DNA of 64,000 bases from positions 1 to 64,000 of IMG/VR virus record IMGVR_UViG_3300026534_000102; one strand, written 5' to 3'. Under the pieces are notes generated by a model. That model was not told the origin of the DNA and did not search any database. It worked only from the letters and a program-made list of their open reading frames with translations. Position numbers and translations under genes: made by a program. The DNA is from a virus. This document shows, one piece after another, positions 9,703 to 18,826 of this stretch (positions within the stretch are counted from its first letter, which is position 1; each line of letters begins with the position of its first letter).

Positions 9703-10530
9703 TTATAACGTTATAGGCGTAATATTACCAAAACTTTCCATAGCATCAGTACTATCTGATATTGCAGCCACATTCACCTTATCAGTATTATCAAATAAAT
9801 CCACCTCATAAGATCCAGAGGCCACATGTTTAACCCGTATAATTCTATTATCATTCTTATTCAGTATAATAATGTTGGCTGCATTATTTGTAGTACCAGA
9901 AATACCATAAAGTGTCCCCCATGTTCCATTGGAAATAGTACCATCATTAGAACCAGCTGTATCATTTGCAGTAGACCCTGTGCCTTCAGTTAAACGCCAT
10001 TTACCAACAGGTGTGTAAGATGTGCTAGTATAATCTCCTCTACTGTGAGCAGCTACAAAATTAGCTGAAAGTTCAGTATTATAAATAGCTACATCTTTTA
10101 TCCAACCATCAAAAGGAGAATTACCAACTCTATCTTCACCAACCCTCAAATTTTCGCCGGCGGAGGAAACTAAATTAGTAGTAGCATTACTACTTGCCAC
10201 AACATTACCATTTAAATAAATTTTATGTCTATTTGCTGTACTATTAATTGAAGCAACCACATGATAGATATTTCCCGTAGTAACCAAACCAGAATCAGAA
10301 AGCACCGTAACCCAACCAGCATTATACCATCTCATTTCAAGTGATCCATCGGATTTTACAGCTATATGATAGTTGACTTTTGTTGCCGAGCCTCGCTGTA
10401 TGATCATTGATAATGCTGATAATGTATTAAGGCTTATAGTCGCTTCCATTACTACAGTGCTTGTAAGTCCTAAAACATCTCCCATATTTACTACTGTATC
10501 AGAACCATTGAAATTTAATATTCCTGACAT
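9703..10530 (-). CDS. LamG/concanavalin-like domain protein, probably a virion appendage
   Basis: LNFNG, YHVVA, IYLNG, FDGWIKDVAIYNTELS, WRLTEGTGSTANDTAG.NDGTI. Confidence 0.85.
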   Translation of the reverse strand: MSGILNFNGSDTVVNMGDVLGLTSTVVMEATISLNTLSALSMIIQRGSATKVNYHIAVKSDGSLEMRWYNAGWVTVLSDSGLVTTGNIYHVVASINSTANRHKIYLNGNVVASSNATTNLVSSAGENLRVGEDRVGNSPFDGWIKDVAIYNTELSANFVAAHSRGDYTSTSYTPVGKWRLTEGTGSTANDTAGSNDGTISNGTWGTLYGISGTTNNAANIIILNKNDNRIIRVKHVASGSYEVDLFDNTDKVNVAAISDSTDAMESFGNITPITL

Positions 10531-10545
10531 TATGTGCTCCCTTAT

Positions 10546-10619
10546 TCGGGGCAGGAGGACTCGAACCTCCGGCCTGACGGCCCCAAACCGCCCGCTCTCC
10601 CAGACTGAGCTATGCCCCG
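10546..10619 (-). tRNA. tRNA-Pro(TGG)
   Basis: cloverleaf; GGCGG-TTTGGGG-CCGTC; GTTCGAGTC. Confidence 0.92.
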
Positions 10620-10627
10620 TATTATTA

Positions 10628-10704
10628 TGGGGTGATCGACGGGAATTGAACCCGTTTACACTGGAGCCACAATCCAGCCGCGTACCTGTATGCGTCCGAC
10701 CACC
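10628..10704 (-). tRNA. tRNA-His(GTG) with encoded G-1 and CCA
   Basis: CTGGA-TTGTGGC-TCCAG; G-1:C73. Confidence 0.9.
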
Positions 10705-10806
10705 ATACTAAGTATCCCTATATAAGACATAAAGAACAACAGCACCTAGACATATCACCGATGCTATTAATACTATTTTAAAAACTATAGCTATCATTAT
10801 TTTCCT

Positions 10807-10880
10807 TGGTGGGTCGAGAAGGAATCGAACCTTCATAGACTGGTTAAAAGCCAGCTATTCTACCATTGAATTACCGACCC
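10807..10880 (-). tRNA. tRNA-Lys(TTT)
   Basis: GCTGG-CTTTTAA-CCAGT; CCA encoded. Confidence 0.92.
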
Positions 10881-11164
10881 ATATTGTGTTTTCTATCATG
10901 ACATTTTTTACACCATGTTATCAGATGTTCCATGGGCTCGTTCCGTGGATACTTTTTGGTGTATTTTAAATGATGTACCACCAACATTCTCTTCTTACTG
11001 CCGCATTTTCGACATTTCCAACTATCTCTTTCAAAAACTTTTAGACGCCTCTTTTGCCATTTGGGGTCTTGTAATGCTTTATAGTATTGTTCTTTAGTTA
11101 ATTTGACAAATGCCTTCCTACGAATAGGTTTTTTAGCACGCGTTTTTTTCTTTTTGGGTTTCAT
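10871..11164 (-). CDS. small HNH endonuclease
   Basis: W...R..VFERD.W.CRKC...L.VHH......L.TWCKKCH..H. Confidence 0.85.
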   Translation of the reverse strand: MKPKKKKTRAKKPIRRKAFVKLTKEQYYKALQDPKWQKRRLKVFERDSWKCRKCGSKKRMLVVHHLKYTKKYPRNEPMEHLITWCKKCHDRKHNMGR

Positions 11165-11313
11165 CTTTAAAAGCCCTTAGTATTTTGAGAGTCTCCTCTC
11201 GCTGTGCAAAAAGAACTTTTCGATAGTTTTCTAAAGTTTTACTAGCTTTTAAACCAACCTTCATCATGTGTTCAAGTTCTTTGCTTATTTTACTCATCCT
11301 GTCTCCTTAACTA

Positions 11314-11389
11314 TGGAGCGGGAACTGAGATTCGAACTCAGACCCTCTGGTTGGAAACCAGAGATGCTAGCCATTAACACCATTCCCGC
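11314..11389 (-). tRNA. tRNA-Gly(TCC)
   Basis: TCTGG-TTTCCAA-CCAGA; GCGGGAA/TTCCCGC acceptor; TCCA. Confidence 0.92.
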
Positions 11390-11400
11390 AAAACAATAAG

Positions 11401-11478
11401 AGCGGACGTCCAGATTCGAACTGAAACCTTCTGCTCGGCAAGCAGAAATGCTACCATTAGCCGTTACACCACATCCGC
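11401..11478 (-). tRNA. tRNA-Gly(GCC), enlarged D-loop
   Basis: TCTGC-TTGCCGA-GCAGA; D-loop AACGGCTAATGGTA. Confidence 0.85.
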
Positions 11479-11489
11479 TGTACATCATA

Positions 11490-11732
11490 TTAAGTTTTAA
11501 GTTTATCAGCTAAATAATTTCTAAAACTGTCAAACTTACTTTTTGCCGATTCTGTTAATTCATTTAAGAAAGAGGTTTTTAATTCCTCTATCTGATTTTT
11601 TATATCATCTATTTCCTTTTTAAGTTCTGTTAATTTAACATGAATAGCTGTAAGACTTTCTTTCTCATTCATCTCTCTGTCCATGTCTGATTCTTTATTT
11701 ACTTCTTTCCTACCATCATCATAAGGACTCAT
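11490..11732 (-). CDS. small coiled-coil hypothetical protein
   Basis: SD AAGGAGG; heptad pattern. Confidence 0.65.
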   Translation of the reverse strand: MSPYDDGRKEVNKESDMDREMNEKESLTAIHVKLTELKKEIDDIKNQIEELKTSFLNELTESAKSKFDSFRNYLADKLKT

Positions 11733-11778
11733 TTATAATCCTCCTTTATTTTTTATCTTTTTGGTGGAGGCGACGGGA

Positions 11779-12060
11779 CAGGTGCCCCATAACTTTCATT
11801 ATGGCCTGGACTATTCCTTCATCTAATTTATAAACATTAGACGGGAAGCGTATTATGGTAGAATTCTGCCACATATACATGTTTTAATTCATCTACCATC
11901 CTAGTGATCCTTTGCTTTAAACTTTAGGACTCTATGAGTCTCTAGACGGCTTACTCTTTTCAGATTCACCGTACGGCGTTGGCACCGGCCGAACCGCTGA
12001 GCGTTCACCGTATGAGCTTCCTTTTCACCTAATTATCACTAATTAGGGCGACCGTTTAAA
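11779..12060 (-). mobile_element. ORF-less group I intron (IA-like, 282 nt) in the tmRNA T-loop
   Basis: P1 CGAU/GUCG with U.G at the splice site; P2 CCTAATTA-GTGA-TAATTAGG; P3 GGAAGC/GCTTCC; P7 GAGACT/AGTC; P9 CCATAAT-GAAA-GTTATGG; terminal G. Confidence 0.9.
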
Positions 12061-12191
12061 ATCGAACCCGTGTCCGCAATGCTTCTTCTAAAGGGTTGAC
12101 GATGATAATTTATAAAACAAGAGGTCAATTAATGAAATACAAGGAAAAACGATGTAAGATTCTGTTGCTAGGTTCTTACTCACCCCAAAGC

Positions 12192-12275
12192 TTAGGCGAC
12201 CGCCAAGGCTTTATTATGTAGCAGCTCTACTCCTTCAAGAGCATCAGCTGCAAAGTCCATCATCGAGTTGTTGTC
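12192..12275 (-). other. tmRNA tag reading frame (A)DNNSMMDFAADALEGVELLHNKALAVA*
   Basis: resume codon inferred after TTTAATC; hydrophobic LAVA C-terminus. Confidence 0.75.
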
Positions 12276-12378
12276 GATTAAATTTTAAGTGTCCAATTTT
12301 AACGATGATCGGTACCGTCATCGCATCGAGTCTTTAGCGTCATTCACCACGTCGAAGCCGTTTCGCCCCCAGTTTATA

Positions 12379-12915
12379 CTAGAAAATCCCTATATTTACT
12401 CGTCTATCTTTCCAACACTCCTGGCAAAAATTATTATTTAATTTTCTCACTGGAGCATCATCGCTTCCATTATTTGTTATAACAAATGGTACCTCAATAT
12501 TATTATCAATAAACCATTCCTCTACAGCATTAATACGTTTTTGACCAAGTGTTTTATTATATGCGGCAGAGCCTCTGAAATCACAGAATGCAGACAAAGC
12601 TATGCCAGTAACATTATGTTTTTTAACATAAGCCCGTATTTCATTTAAAATATTTAATTGGTCCTTTTTAATATCGGCTTTGTCAAAATCAAAGAAAATT
12701 ACAAACAGCCTAAGTTCTTTAGTTGTTGCTACTTTTACAACCACATTTTTGGCGCCACATACCCATATAGGTGCCTCTGTATTATAATAATCAATAGACA
12801 TGAAGCATGGGGAATTTACTCCGTAAAAAGATCCAAAACTTGTGTCATCTCCTGCAAAACTGGTACCAGCAATCATACATATCATACTAAGCGCTACAAT
12901 AAAATATTTAAACAT
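12379..12915 (-). CDS. secreted OmpA-family (peptidoglycan-binding) protein
   Basis: signal peptide; IFFDFDKA, AFCDFRGSAAYNKTLGQKR, DRRV. Confidence 0.85.
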   Translation of the reverse strand: MFKYFIVALSMICMIAGTSFAGDDTSFGSFYGVNSPCFMSIDYYNTEAPIWVCGAKNVVVKVATTKELRLFVIFFDFDKADIKKDQLNILNEIRAYVKKHNVTGIALSAFCDFRGSAAYNKTLGQKRINAVEEWFIDNNIEVPFVITNNGSDDAPVRKLNNNFCQECWKDRRVNIGIF

Positions 12916-12957
12916 AACTTCCTCCTTTTACTACTTCCTTATTTATCACAACCACAT

Positions 12958-13029
12958 CTGGGGCGGGAGGATTCGAACCCCCGAATACAAGGACCAAAAC
13001 CTTGTGTCTTACCACTTGACGACGCCCCA
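12958..13029 (-). tRNA. tRNA-Gln(TTG)
   Basis: CAAGG-TTTTGGT-CCTTG; T1-A72. Confidence 0.92.
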
Positions 13030-13036
13030 TTTTATT

Positions 13037-13119
13037 TGGCTCCGAGGGGAGGATTCGAACCTCCATATGTATTACACCTGGTTAACAGCCAGGCCTCTTG
13101 CCAATTAGAGTACCTCGGA
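13037..13119 (-). tRNA. tRNA-Asn(GTT) with an extended variable arm
   Basis: CCTGG-CTGTTAA-CCAGG; variable region TGTAATACATAT; GCCA end. Confidence 0.88.
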
Positions 13120-13146
13120 ATCTTTTTTTATCTCTCTCTATCTTAC

Positions 13147-13174
13147 AAGATAATCACTAAATAGTATTTGTCAA
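13147..13174 (-). promoter_or_regulatory. promoter, repeated motif, upstream of the tRNA/tmRNA block
   Basis: TTGACAAATACTATTTAGTGATTATCTT. Confidence 0.65.
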
Positions 13175-13175
13175 G

Positions 13176-13358
13176 TTATTTCCACCAAATTGTGTAAGCA
13201 AAATTTAAAGCTTGAATAATTCCTCCTAAAATACTAGCCCACAAAATTATTCTGTTTCTAATTTTTTGCTGAGTAATTTCATCGGTCGTATTAGCAATTT
13301 CTTGGCCCACAAGCCCATGAGTCAATTTAATTTTTGCTGTAGTAAGCTTTCCCATCAT
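13176..13358 (-). CDS. small protein with a C-terminal TM helix
   Basis: IILWASILGGIIQALNFAYTIWW. Confidence 0.6.
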   Translation of the reverse strand: MMGKLTTAKIKLTHGLVGQEIANTTDEITQQKIRNRIILWASILGGIIQALNFAYTIWWK

Positions 13359-14344
13359 AATCCCCCAAACACTTTTCTATTCAATAAATCTTTTTCACCA
13401 GTTAATTGTGGATCTTGTTCATAACCCAAAGACTTCAACTTACTTACTGTTTTAGAATAAGCACTTGTCCAACTGTCATCTTCAGACAGAGTAGCCACAA
13501 AAGAATATGTTAGAATCCCGTGCCAATTGTTATCAATAATCACACTCATAGAAGTCTGTGTAGATTTGCAACCACTTAATAGAACATGTCTCTGTGGTCT
13601 TCCATCCTCTCGTCTTCCTATCGAATTAGTAATTAAGTTTTTGGTAGTAAAAATAGCTTGCAAAAATTCCTGCGGCGGGACAATAAACCGCTCCATAGTA
13701 TTAAGGTCTTTACTTATTGTTCCACTATGACAAGAATCACTAATCATTGATAAGAAAACCCCCATAGGTAGTTTCTTAAAAATAGCTGCAATTTCATCAT
13801 CTACAATATAACCACCATCCCAATTAAAATCGTGCGGAATTAAAACTTCATCTAGTTTATCCACTTCATCCCCATTTATATCAGGAACTTGGCTACCATG
13901 TCCTGAAAAATGAAAAACAAGTTCGTCTCCTTTAACAGAAGCGGTAATCATTTTATCCAATTCAGTTAAAATATTGTTTTTAGTTGCTTTTTCATTTGTC
14001 AACAACACAATATTATTTTCATTAAATCCTCTATCTAACAGTACAGATTTTATTTGAAGAGCGTCAGCTACACATCCTTGAAGTCCCACTTTAGGATCAT
14101 TATACACATCTATTCCTACCAATAAAGCGTATTTTGTATCCCGTGTTTTTTCTACAGGAACTTCTGGTGTCGTAGAAGGTGTGTCTTCTAAACTTTCAGA
14201 ACTTTGATCAGGTTTAGAAACAACTATACTTATTTCATCTGGAGCTTCATCTACGTCTGAAGAAGGCTCTTCAGGTGCTTCTTCTATAATAGAGGACTTA
14301 AATAAATTTTGTATCCAATCTATAAAGGCTGCCCACCAAGTCAT
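13355..14344 (-). CDS. caspase-family peptidase C14 (metacaspase)
   Basis: YALLVGID, LQGCVADA, FHFSGHGSQ (catalytic His), ISDSCHSG (catalytic Cys), LSGC...QTS, Q.PQL. Confidence 0.92.
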   Translation of the reverse strand: MTWWAAFIDWIQNLFKSSIIEEAPEEPSSDVDEAPDEISIVVSKPDQSSESLEDTPSTTPEVPVEKTRDTKYALLVGIDVYNDPKVGLQGCVADALQIKSVLLDRGFNENNIVLLTNEKATKNNILTELDKMITASVKGDELVFHFSGHGSQVPDINGDEVDKLDEVLIPHDFNWDGGYIVDDEIAAIFKKLPMGVFLSMISDSCHSGTISKDLNTMERFIVPPQEFLQAIFTTKNLITNSIGRREDGRPQRHVLLSGCKSTQTSMSVIIDNNWHGILTYSFVATLSEDDSWTSAYSKTVSKLKSLGYEQDPQLTGEKDLLNRKVFGGL

Positions 14345-14433
14345 ATTTCTCTCCTTCTTAAATTTATTATGTCGCCAAAAACTATGCCCACAAATACCCA
14401 ATACCCAATATATTTTACATAAAATTAGACCAA

Positions 14434-14745
14434 TTAAGTTCGAGTGATTTGAATTGGCCCTGGGGCATCTGGAGCAATAAAATCTAAAGGGACGCCACTC
14501 ACCGTTGTCATATCACTTTCATTTCCCGCATCATCCACAGCTGTAACTCCAAGGTTAAATACACCATCTACATTCTTTAATGGATCAAGTGTATTAATAT
14601 TAACCGAATTATTTTTCCCAAGGTCAATAAACTGAGAATTGTATGACACTGGAGCTGGGGTTTCTTGAAAATAAAGTTTATAGCCTACTAAATCTGGAGC
14701 ATTTACTTCCGGGAATGTTAATGTTACATCTTTAATTTTAGACAT
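14434..14745 (-). CDS. fibronectin type III-like protein
   Basis: DLVGYKLY...VTAVDDAGNESD...DFIAP.AP. Confidence 0.75.
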   Translation of the reverse strand: MSKIKDVTLTFPEVNAPDLVGYKLYFQETPAPVSYNSQFIDLGKNNSVNINTLDPLKNVDGVFNLGVTAVDDAGNESDMTTVSGVPLDFIAPDAPGPIQITRT

Positions 14746-14756
14746 TTTTATCCTCC

Positions 14757-15203
14757 TTAACGACCAATTTGGTCTGGATTATTTAAACCAGTTACTCTTG
14801 AGATTACTATTGAACCAGGGGAAGCTATATGACCATATATCCACCAGCTTCTAGGCTTATTATTAACTACAGCATAAGTAGCATCAACAGACCTGGCCCA
14901 AGCACTACTGCTATATGAATTCACTGCTGCTACTTCAAATATATAATGACCACTTTTTGGCAACGTAATTGAAATTTGAGTAGAAGTTATACCACTAATA
15001 ATTGGTAAGTAGCGTTTTTGTTCAACAAAATACTCACGGACTTTGTAACTTGTAGCTCCATCTACCGGACTCCATGCTACAGTTATTGAATGATCAGTAG
15101 TTCCATAATAGGTTACGTAATCCTTAGCTTCCCAATTTGCAGCAAAACACAAAGAAGTCAATAAATACAAAATAAATAAAATTATAATTATATTTTTATA
15201 CAT
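14757..15203 (-). CDS. secreted fibronectin type III protein
   Basis: signal peptide; VAWSPVDGATSYKV...Y.FEVAAVN. Confidence 0.75.
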   Translation of the reverse strand: MYKNIIIILFILYLLTSLCFAANWEAKDYVTYYGTTDHSITVAWSPVDGATSYKVREYFVEQKRYLPIISGITSTQISITLPKSGHYIFEVAAVNSYSSSAWARSVDATYAVVNNKPRSWWIYGHIASPGSIVISRVTGLNNPDQIGR

Positions 15204-15208
15204 TTTTA

Positions 15209-18200
15209 TTATTCCCTAAGGTTCTTAAATAACAATGGAATTCCTTCATCAAATCCTGACGTTGTAGTCAATCCTTCATTATATGCAAAAGAGCCTGAAA
15301 TTACAGTAGGCATAATTTTACCATAAATAAGATGATTATAGTCAGGTTTCGACTCGTCATCTAGACAAACAACATAATGATGCTCACCGTAAGGTGTTTC
15401 TAACCAGAAATAACCAGTACCACTTGCAGACACAGCACTATCAACCAATGAGTGATCACTGCTTCTATATAAAGCAACCTCCCTTTGAACAGGCTGACCC
15501 TTTTCTTTTACATATCCTTCTATGAAGTACTTATTGTACTCTGGCCACTGATAGACATAAGCTGCACTATTAGTATAACTACCACCAGTCTTACGGGCTA
15601 CAAGATTTGTGTTGTCTTTGAACCAAAAGTAGTAGCTTCCTTCACCCCAAGCATTAGAACTACCTGTATATACTCTTCCTTGCCCTAGCATGTCTGATGT
15701 TATTATCATAGATCGACTGATGTCTATCGGCTCTTTGAGCTTTAGTGGATAAACACCAGATGCAGTAGTTGACAAGCCTACAAAATACTTCCTACTCATA
15801 AAATCTAAATCTGTATACATCTCTATGATTTCGCAGGCCCTGTGTTCCAAAGAATATGAAGAATAAGACCGATCAAACCTGATTCTATCACCATATAAAT
15901 CATAAATTCTATAAGTGCCTGCATCTGGTCTATAGCTTGTATAACTATGAGAATATGACGCTAAAAGCATGCTTTTAGAAAAAACAGGTTTATACTCTAC
16001 GGACATATCTACAGTGTTATTACTGTTACTTGTTGTCTCATATAAATGCTGAACGGTCCAATAGTTACTCTCATTTATACACTCTACTACATACCAACTA
16101 ATATATATATTGTCGCTTGAACTATTTCGTCTAAAAGCTATTTCTTCATCACTATTGAAGTGCCCAACCACGGCATTATATGCTGGACCATCACCGTAAG
16201 AATCTGAAAAAGCATAAAATAATAGAAACGCTCTATCCAGGTCTACTTTATCAATAGAGAGTGTTATAGTATTACCATTTGAATATCCGAAGCCGTGCTG
16301 AATTTTAATGTTATCATTAAACTCGACTATGTATACGGTTACATATCGTGAAGCGGCGGTGCCGAATCGTACTCTAAAACAATCAGGGTCTTCAAATCGA
16401 TAAATTGCCCTTGATCGACGAATGGCATCAGCATTTGAGGTTTGATTTGAATAGTTCATAAACGGGATACATTGTTTGATGTTTTGTCCTTTAGTCAAGT
16501 ATGCCTCAATAAGAGAAGAACTTGCATACTGTTTAAATACTTGTAACGATCTAATAAACCCTTTTGTTGGTACAGAAGGTCTTATACTATGTGCATCCTG
16601 ATAATGATACCCAGTCCAATTTATTAATCCAAAATTACCCTGACTACTTGTACCTGAACCTCCTTTGGCAACCTCAACTGTTTTTGTTTCATAATCCGAT
16701 ATGCGAATTGTACCAATAGCCTGTGACCATGTTGCTGAACTTGTGGAACATATCATAGTACTGGACTGTATATGATTGAAACAAGTTAGACCATCCTCCT
16801 CTAAAAAGTTGCTTACATATGTGAAAGTGTTAGTGGTATCTGTCTGAACGGAGTAAAAAGTATCAGTATGCCTTTTCTCATCTAAAAATTTAACGAATGT
16901 AACAGTAAAGTAAGCTGTGTAAGTAGCATAACCGCGAAAACAATCAAATCTAAAATCCAACCATAATCCAGCGCGCCATGCGGAAGCATCCATTCTTGTA
17001 GAAGAATAATTAGTAGCATAGGATGCTATGGAAAATGAATTATGACTTGACCATATGTAGTCATCGTTGTAAAAACTAAGACGAGTAGAAGAAGATGAAC
17101 TATTAGCATGTCGAGTAACAAAGTTATCTTTAAGATCCTCTACCACGAAAATAGATGTATCAACCTCATAGCTTGTACCAGCTTTATAAAACTCTACATG
17201 AGAAGTGTCTGTAAATCTAACCCTCACCATGCTATAACTCGGCCGCGCATCCCCCGATGTAAATGTTTTGGATAAAATGAAGCATTTATTAACATCAGAG
17301 ACTTCTTCTATCGGCAATGTAGTAGTTGTTTGGCCTGATACATACGTATTCTTATGCTGTACCTTGACTTGATTTGGCCAAAATTCTACTACACTTATAT
17401 CAACTCGAAGCTGCCCAGCTGTACTCCACCTCTTAACACAAACTATACCAGGAGAAACCAAATAAACATTAGCCATTTGATCTCTTAGGTTATTACCCGA
17501 AGTACTACTAGTTGATGCGAATACAGCACAATTTTCCCAATTTTGTCCTTTAGATAACTTACGGCACGCAAAATTCCTTTCGCCACTTATACGGAAATTT
17601 TCAACGGATTTGACAAACGATTTCCCAGGACCATTACCTTCTGGTATAGGATTAGAATTAGATCCAATATCTATTTGTATACCCGCCCAATCAACTACTA
17701 TTAAATATGATGGGTATGCAGTGTAACCACTACTACTTCTTTCTAAGAAAATACCGTCATCATTATTTAATTTAGCAGATACAAACATCTGATCTATAGC
17801 GCTGGTAGACGAAGTATTAACACGACACACTCCTTGCGCCATAGCACATACTATAGTAGAAGTATCTGTATTAACTGCAAACGGGACTCTATTAGAATCA
17901 TTTCCGTAAGTAAGTGTGTTAGAAGTAGATGTTGAATCAACACTAACTAGTTGATGAATAAACGGTGTATAGATCTTTTCTTTATCAAGAAATTCGACCA
18001 CTTGATATGCCCAGTAGATAGTATAGGATGCGTATCCACGATCACATCTTATTGATCCGTCAGAATACAAAAATATCCTTGCCATTCCAGCATCTGGTCT
18101 GGTGGCTGAGTAGTTAGTTGCACAACTGCCTATAATAAAAGTTCGCAAAGGATCGACGCAGTGCCTATCGGGATGCACAATAGTTGTCTCGCCTGTACCA

Positions 18201-18754
18201 CTGTAACTATGAGAATGATGCGTAACTCTAAAATTATTTTTTAAATCCTCAAATAAATACCAATGTCCTTGACAAGAAGCACCTGCATCATTTCTGTAAA
18301 AATCAATAGTTGATTCATTAACAACACGGCCCCTAACACAATGGTATCTAAAGTTTTGACTAGTTGAAGAACTCCACCAGAAATGAGTCATTGCAGCCCG
18401 ATCCGTACCACTTAAAGTTGTTCCTAGTGTTATTGCATCAGTGATCTGATCATTTAAATCAAAGGATCCTTGTTGAACTCTTACCTCTTCGGGATTAAAT
18501 TCTACAATATAACATCTAATAGTTAATGCATTACTTCGTTGTTTAATACGTTTGAAAACAATATTGGCTGTACTTTCAAAATAGATATCAAGCATATGAG
18601 AGTCTTGATAGTCACTTCCTCCATGAGCAGTCATGAATGGTATACAATTACTCAAATCAGGGGTACCACTTAAAGTAACAGAGCCGCTTAAAGAAGTGGC
18701 ACCTAAAGTGTATTCTACAAATTGTACTGATTCTACCCAACTAGATACAGCCAT
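15209..18754 (-). CDS. large repetitive beta-rich virion/tail-associated protein
   Basis: three large internal repeats (V.SV/L...KGQN...C.PF...VEF...VQ.G); Ser/Thr/Tyr-rich. Confidence 0.65.
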   Translation of the reverse strand: MAVSSWVESVQFVEYTLGATSLSGSVTLSGTPDLSNCIPFMTAHGGSDYQDSHMLDIYFESTANIVFKRIKQRSNALTIRCYIVEFNPEEVRVQQGSFDLNDQITDAITLGTTLSGTDRAAMTHFWWSSSTSQNFRYHCVRGRVVNESTIDFYRNDAGASCQGHWYLFEDLKNNFRVTHHSHSYSGTGETTIVHPDRHCVDPLRTFIIGSCATNYSATRPDAGMARIFLYSDGSIRCDRGYASYTIYWAYQVVEFLDKEKIYTPFIHQLVSVDSTSTSNTLTYGNDSNRVPFAVNTDTSTIVCAMAQGVCRVNTSSTSAIDQMFVSAKLNNDDGIFLERSSSGYTAYPSYLIVVDWAGIQIDIGSNSNPIPEGNGPGKSFVKSVENFRISGERNFACRKLSKGQNWENCAVFASTSSTSGNNLRDQMANVYLVSPGIVCVKRWSTAGQLRVDISVVEFWPNQVKVQHKNTYVSGQTTTTLPIEEVSDVNKCFILSKTFTSGDARPSYSMVRVRFTDTSHVEFYKAGTSYEVDTSIFVVEDLKDNFVTRHANSSSSSTRLSFYNDDYIWSSHNSFSIASYATNYSSTRMDASAWRAGLWLDFRFDCFRGYATYTAYFTVTFVKFLDEKRHTDTFYSVQTDTTNTFTYVSNFLEEDGLTCFNHIQSSTMICSTSSATWSQAIGTIRISDYETKTVEVAKGGSGTSSQGNFGLINWTGYHYQDAHSIRPSVPTKGFIRSLQVFKQYASSSLIEAYLTKGQNIKQCIPFMNYSNQTSNADAIRRSRAIYRFEDPDCFRVRFGTAASRYVTVYIVEFNDNIKIQHGFGYSNGNTITLSIDKVDLDRAFLLFYAFSDSYGDGPAYNAVVGHFNSDEEIAFRRNSSSDNIYISWYVVECINESNYWTVQHLYETTSNSNNTVDMSVEYKPVFSKSMLLASYSHSYTSYRPDAGTYRIYDLYGDRIRFDRSYSSYSLEHRACEIIEMYTDLDFMSRKYFVGLSTTASGVYPLKLKEPIDISRSMIITSDMLGQGRVYTGSSNAWGEGSYYFWFKDNTNLVARKTGGSYTNSAAYVYQWPEYNKYFIEGYVKEKGQPVQREVALYRSSDHSLVDSAVSASGTGYFWLETPYGEHHYVVCLDDESKPDYNHLIYGKIMPTVISGSFAYNEGLTTTSGFDEGIPLLFKNLRE

Positions 18755-18778
18755 AAAAGTTCCTTAAAGTTTATTTTG

Positions 18779-18811
18779 GTTTCAATCCACGCACCCCCTG
18801 CGGGGTGCGAC
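18779..18811 (-). CRISPR. solitary type I-C-like CRISPR repeat (no array and no cas genes in the window)
   Basis: GTCGCACCCCGCAGGGGGTGCGTGGATTGAAAC: GTCGC start, hairpin CGCACCCC/GGGGTGCG, 3' TGGATTGAAAC. Confidence 0.88.
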
Positions 18812-18826
18812 CCACTCGGCATCGAT

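Larger units (their letters stand above)
11762..12370 (-). ncRNA. ssrA: tmRNA interrupted by a group I intron (exons 12370-12061 and 11778-11762)
   Basis: 5' GGGGGCGAAACGGCTTCGAC; spliced 3' end GGACACGGGTTCGAT|TCCCGTCGCCTCCACCA; G3:U70 pair; tag ORF ending ALAVA*. Confidence 0.93.

Noticed and set aside
11294-11488. 64-aa minus-strand ORF
   Set aside because: It consists almost entirely of two tRNA-Gly genes.
9703-18754. Diversity-generating retroelement acting on the adhesin-like genes
   Set aside because: There is no reverse transcriptase, and I noticed no template/variable repeat pair. A self-alignment would be needed to exclude one fully.
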